This document shows, in pieces, positions 49,980-64,000 of a DNA stretch of 64,000 bases. The number at the start of each line of letters is the position of its first letter. The stretch's first letter is position 1. A program made the position numbers and the translations under genes. Origin of the DNA: Chrysomallon squamiferum (taxonomy: Eukaryota; Animalia; Mollusca). The DNA lies in NCBI GenBank assembly GCA_012295275.1, contig CM022665.1:34596001-34660000 (forward strand), in the 5' to 3' direction. The notes under the pieces are model-generated. The model did not search any database and was not told the origin of the DNA. It was given only the letters and a program-made list of their open reading frames with translations.

Positions 49980-50793
49980 ATGGGTTTTCAAAATATTTGG
50001 CACTCTCACCCTAGACGATTTGGACCTGGTTCCCGTTATTGGTATTAACTAAGTTTATTTTCAAGTTTGAGAAGTTACTTCGGATAATCTGGTTTAAATT
50101 TTTACTTTAAACATATATTTAGAACATTCAACATATTTTCGTAAAAACCGAGTTTCTAGCATTCAATTTTGTCATGATGGATGTTGCTGAACAAGCTTTA
50201 AGGCAGTTAAGCTTTTAGAAAAACGTATTTATTCTGACACATGGGTACACACAGTTTTAAGCTAACTGTTCTAATACCAAACATATAATGATAACAGGCA
50301 GAAAACAACAAATTTAAAATATAGAATCGGCTGTTGCTGGCAGTGATACTTAAGCATTGTATTCTTTGCACGCGTCGAAAAAAAAAATTAATAATAATAA
50401 TTAAAGGTGTTAACGATTTTTTTTTTTTTTTTTCTATCAGTATCTTTTGGTATGGTATTGCTAATTTCGTGATTCAATAATGCCTCTTAATTTATTTGAA
50501 ATATATTAATAAAATATGGTATCATTTTTCTTCCAGCCGTGTCTGCAATAATACTCATGGTTTGATAAGAAAATATGGCTTAAATATTTGCAGAAGATGT
50601 TTCAGACAATATGCAGATGATATTGGCTTTAAGAAGGTTAGCTTACAATTTAAATCTGCTTTTATTTGAATTGCATGGAATGATCCTCCTACATAACATG
50701 AATATGCAGAAGCATACACTCTACTGGTGCCATAAAGGCTTAACAGTATTAAAACAAATCATCTGTAAAACTTAAGAAAGCTATACACATATG

Positions 50794-50827
<34 letters not shown>

Positions 50828-51018
50828 GTATATAAAGGGTTCATACATTAGTACAATTTAATTCAAAATTTAATGTTGAAATAATTGCATTGTTTACTTT
50901 TCAGTTTGTTAGTGATTTGTTTCAGTATCAGTGTTTCACAAAATGTTGTTATTACTAAAATGTGGGATATGTTTTTTCACTTTATTGAATCGTTTTCTTT
51001 GTCTTATAGCTGGATTAA
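49980..51018 (+). CDS. RPS29: 40S ribosomal protein S29 (uS14), 56 aa, 3 coding exons
   Basis: Exons 49980-50041, 50537-50636 and 51010-51018 (171 nt) give [56 protein letters not shown]. The CxxC...CxxC zinc ligands are intact. AATAAA is at 51116-51121. Confidence 0.97.
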
Positions 51019-51947
51019 AATCAAGAGTGAAGATCATGTCATATACAAACAAGAAACAGCCAGCTTGAATAGACAAGCATTTGGACTCTTGATATGGATG
51101 TAATGTCCCAAAAATAATAAATCATGCTTAAAATTATCTGATATTGTGTTTTTTTTTGTATGCTGAGATTAGACAATCAGTAAAAAACACTATCATAAGA
51201 CTTTGTAAATTAAAATGCAGATTCATCTAAGAACTATTTTGTCATTTACTCTGAAACTTGGAAACAGGTGAATGGTAACAATACTGGTAATTTCTTGAGG
51301 CAAAGATGTACATTTTACTATTCACTTTGCCATTTTTCCTCTCTTTTTTTTTACAGAATGCTGATGGGATGGTCATCAAAGATAGGAGGCAGATTAATTC
51401 TTTCAGAATGACATCCCATAATGCCATTTTGAATGAATAAATCTGCCCCACGTCTAGGTGTAACAGTCTGTTATGTTTAATTTCATATATTTTGTAATCA
51501 AATCCCTTCAGCACAAATCTGTTCCATGTTGTACACTGGGGGGGGGGGGAAATGAACTTTGAAGTCATCTGCTACTGTAGTAAAATAACTGGTTTCGTTT
51601 TTTTTTTTTATCTTAAGATTATTTGGGAGAAAGTAATGCTGAAAAGTGTGCGAGATGAGCTTTTACTAAAATAATTAGCAGTGCTTGCACTGTATGGAAC
51701 TTTGTGGTGAGCATAATAAAAGTAAAGTCAAATCTCTGTCTAGGAATTTTCTTTAATTTTAATAAACATGTAAGGAGTTTTTGCTATTTCTTCATTTATT
51801 GGTACCATCATTAAACTTTTTTTTTTTTTTTTTTTTTTTTTTACAGTGGCACTAATGCCCAGTCTCAGAAGTTGTGGGAAGAGAGTGTGTAATACTGGCT
51901 GGGTTTTATTACCAAAGAGAACTTTTCTCAAATATTTTATAGTTATG

Positions 51948-52079
51948 TAAATGCAGCTGCACAGTTCAACTAATATTGAGTATTTCATGCATAGAAATTA
52001 AAGTTGTTAATTTTTCTTATGACAATCCTTTTCACTGCAGATATGTATTTCTCTGCATCTAGTCAATATATTTTGAAAT
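51948..52079 (+). repeat. Dispersed repeat, copy B (internally deleted relative to 48015-48212)
   Basis: Same ordered blocks and same orientation as copy A. Confidence 0.75.
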
Positions 52080-52414
52080 CTTGATACGGTTACCCTTTTT
52101 ATAATGTTTTAAAATAACAAAAAATCCAAGATAGTGAATTTTACTGGAGATTTTTTTTATATATAAAATGACAGATCACATGGAACCTTCAAAAATGCAA
52201 AAAACAAAATTTGTACTACAACAGGAACTCCTGAAAATAATAAAAAAAGAACAACACTATGTTTATGTATGCTACAGTAACTAACATTAAAGTACCATGC
52301 TGTTTCCTACCAATTTTTTTTCAGGGGTTTATTATCTAAATAACAATCCACAACCAAGGTATATATATATCTTTCTTAAATTTGGTTTCCATATAATTGT
52401 TCTGTTTTCTGAAT

Positions 52415-60775
<8,361 letters not shown>

Positions 60776-63049
60776 CTGTGAATAAATACATTATTACATT
60801 AAAAAATATTAATGAACAATTTTAGAATTATTTTCTAAAAGTGCTGAAGCCAATATATTTTACTCTCATAAACACTACAGAATATAAATGAATATAAAAT
60901 AAATAAAAATTGTAGTAGAGTGAAAGATGTAACATGATTTCTAAATGATTTAAAAACAAAATCTAATAACTTACTGAAACAGTTTAAATATTAACATAAA
61001 AGCAAAAAGTTACAACTGAACAGAATTAAACAAAAATGATTATTAATATTTTTAATAAACAATATATTTTCTTTCAGAAAAAAAGTTACAAAAAATAATG
61101 AAATAAATGAAACATTCTGTGATTAAACAAATATAAAAAATAAGTTTTATTTTAACTAATTCTTAAGATAATGTTTTATATATTTTATATAACAAGGTAT
61201 ATAAGTATGTACATTATTCTCTTGTAGCACAATTACAGAATTTGACATTTCAGAAGCATTAACATATTATGTTTTATTATTCCAAGTATTAGAATTATTA
61301 ATTTTTATTGCCCCAGCAGAACCAAAAGACTTGTAACAGTCACCACCATTACTCAATAATTAACACTGTTGAGATCTTTTTAAATATTTTTTTTAATTTT
61401 TTAATTTTTTTACTGTTTGAAGCATTCATAAAACAGACAAATAGTTACACTTTTAAAATAAATATATTAGTTAAAAATATTTAAATAATCACTTGAAAAA
61501 TTATACATTTTATATAATGTCATGAAACACTTAGTGGACCATTATATTATTGAGAATAATAAACTGTTGGGGTTTCTTTGTTAAACTTAACAGAACAATG
61601 GACAACAACAAAAAAAGGAGGATCGGGGAGAATTTTTTTTTAAGAAAACATTATATAAGATGTATTACAGATTAAAGAGAGCAATAGGAAATAGTTACCT
61701 GAAGCTATCAAGTATCAAAACAGAAAACAAGTTGTAATACAAGATAACACAGTACAAAATGATGCAACCACAATGTAACAATTTCACAACACTGACAGAA
61801 CTGTGTGGGTTTTTCAGAACAGTACTAATAACATGAACAGGAAGAAAGTGATAAAATACTTATGATTATGATTTTAATTTTTTATTTGTAGCTTCAATTT
61901 ACAAATTTTAAATTCACATTTTGTTTTTATTTCTGTTTTTTTAAAGCATAATAAAAATGTGGGGTTTTGGTTTATTATTAATATAATTATTATGTTGTTT
62001 GATGCTGGAAATTTATATTTATTTATTTATTTTAACAACGCACACAACCATGTTCATAATGCTTTAATCAGCTATAATTATCATCAAATCAGTAACGTTT
62101 ATAAATTTAATTTACTTGAAAATTAACAACAAACATAATAAGGGAAAAGTAAACTTTCTTTAAAAAAACCTCTTTATTATTCAGATTATCCTAATGAAAG
62201 TACAAAATGATGCAAGTTGGAGGATTTCTTACAGGTCAAGTGATGACAAAGAAGACAGTCATAAAGATAACATAATGTTATAAATCCTCACATGATAAAC
62301 GATACATATGTTCTTCTTTGGCTCACATACATGTAATACCACATGTGCAGTTTCCCATGCCTGAATTAGCAACACACAACTGACCTAGTTTCAGTTTCCT
62401 TTTGTTCTTAAACAAACATTGATTTGTGTAAGCCACACTTGTTTGTCTTGAAAAGTGTTAGGCACAATGTGAAAACCAGCCACAATATTTTAAACCATAA
62501 TATTACACATGCTACTAATTATGAAAAAATATATGTAAGATTACTGATGTGAACAACCAACAAAATAGCAGTTTATTCCTTTTTGTTAAATCTGAATTTA
62601 TATACTAGCTTTGAGTAGCAAATAACATTAGATTCATATTAGTTTTATAGCATGTTTAGATAAATGGATAAAAATGTCTGTCATAATGAATACACTTATA
62701 ACACTATCATGTAGCCTGTTCAATAAAAAGATTATTCAGGATTCTGTAGTAGTTTCTATTTATAGATTTTTTTTTTCTGAGACAATAAAACCAGCAGTTA
62801 TAAAACCTGGTAGCCCCATACTACATTTTAAAAATAAGACAAATCCCACCAATAAATAAAAAATTAAAATCATTTAATTATACTTAAATAAACTGTTATC
62901 AAGTACAAACAAAATTAATATAATTTATTTAAATTTAAATATACTTTTATCATGTGCACTCTATTGGAAAGATATGCATTTATGAAACATTTAAAAGAAC
63001 ATGTAAAGACTAGATGTTATCAATTAAAGTCACTGTGATTAATGACTAA

Positions 63050-63990
63050 AAGTGTCACTGTCACTGTCAGAAGGTTTCTGTTCTGTAATGCTTCTTTCTC
63101 CTCTCACAAATCCCTGGCTGTTGCTGGGTCATCGTCCTCAACTGGTGGTAAAGCAGGGTAATTCTCATCAAGTAGCTACACTATCTGGTGAAACTTTGTG
63201 AGCACCAACAACAGGTCCACAAATGTCAAGAAATTAGGAAACCTCTCCCTATTGTGGCAGTTCAGTCTGACATAAATCTTGTGAAAATGGTTTACAATAT
63301 ATTAAATATTTATATGCCTCACCAATCTTAAAAATTTTCATCATGTCCAATTTACACTGTCTGAGGTAATTAATAGATGGCTTAGCATGTTTGTTAATGG
63401 TATGTGCTGCTGTCAAATAGATAATTTATTTAACTTTTGTAGTGCTTCCATTGCTTTGTTCCTAACTCAGCTACAGTAATATTGTATGAGATTCACTACA
63501 TTTGTGTGTTTTTTCAGTATTTCTTTCTTAACATTTTTGCACCCAACAAGAAATGATTCTTTTTTGTCTCCAACATGTAGTATGTCTTCACTGAATGTCA
63601 CCATTCAAACTTCTATTTCCACAATGGCACAAAACCTCCTGACCATTTAGTGTTTTCTTGGTTATTTCTTTATCCTACTGTTACAGTTTTCAATCATTTT
63701 GCCAGTAGCATTTTCACCTTGTTATTATACAAGTGTGCAATGCTTATCTCCCAAAATACAAGCTTAACAAATGGCCTCATATCTGTAAACAATACTTTTT
63801 ATTTGTATCAGATCATTTGGAAACAATAAATGTACTCCTGTTAACACTGTTACAGTGACTCAGGGGAGTGTACACATGAACAAAGCATCCTGAAAACTGT
63901 CAAGTCACTGGACTACTGACTTTCCCAGGGTAGATATAGTAGCCAAACACTGCAAGCTACTGCTAAGGTTGAGCACTGATCTGTCAGATA
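63050..63990 (-). mobile_element. Possible highly decayed DNA-transposon (hAT-like) coding remnant in an EPRS intron
   Basis: GC-richer than its flanks. A short minus-strand stretch, ERFPNFLTFVDLLLVL, resembles the approach to the hAT C-terminal dimerisation domain. Frames are broken. Confidence 0.25.
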
Positions 63991-64000
63991 AGGTTTAAAA

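Noticed and set aside
49784-49981. Minus-strand 65-aa [11 protein letters not shown]...
   Set aside because: It is antisense to the RPS29 promoter and 5'UTR, with no recognisable homology.
50688-50699. AATGATCCT matching the antisense of the 18S rRNA 3' end (also near 49150)
   Set aside because: It is only 9 nt, lacks flanking C/D boxes and also occurs inside a LINE fragment, so it is consistent with chance.
61699-61800. Possible EPRS exon or 6-nt microexon (TAG|CTTCAG|GTAACT on the minus strand)
   Set aside because: The 102-nt version has an in-frame stop and no WHEP similarity. The microexon cannot be supported without RNA data.

Overview
AT-rich, intron-containing animal genomic DNA. The repeat families look molluscan (gastropod-like), which is an inference. 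I assembled seven protein-coding genes by hand from GT-AG junctions with consistent phase: (1) the 5' end of a HYLS1-like centriolar gene (minus, runs off the left edge); (2) an ankyrin-repeat/SOCS-box gene with a single coding exon, head-to-head with it; (3) a compact 286-aa two-pore-domain K+ channel; (4) a 258-aa RNase T2 with both catalytic motifs; (5) a 758-aa SPATA7-like ciliary gene; (6) RPS29/uS14 (56 aa, 3 exons, absent from the ORF track, with a 5'TOP/TCT start); (7) the 3' part of EPRS (WHEP repeats plus ProRS, minus, runs off the right edge). Intergenic and intronic DNA holds a TIR-bounded FLYWCH/MULE relic, pogo/Tigger and hAT MITEs, LINE fragments, copies of a tRNA-headed SINE and many microsatellites. 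I found no CRISPR, rRNA or true tRNA, and nothing I can support as a wholly new multi-gene system. The best leads are probable ancient KCNK-SPATA7 linkage shared with human, a K2P channel with a TREK/TALK-like scaffold and a TASK-type GYGH motif, an intronic minisatellite made from the channel's pore-exon donor, a near-perfect foldback, a CLEAR-like box at RNase T2, and uORFs plus an X-box-like site at SPATA7. All family and synteny assignments are from memory, not database searches.
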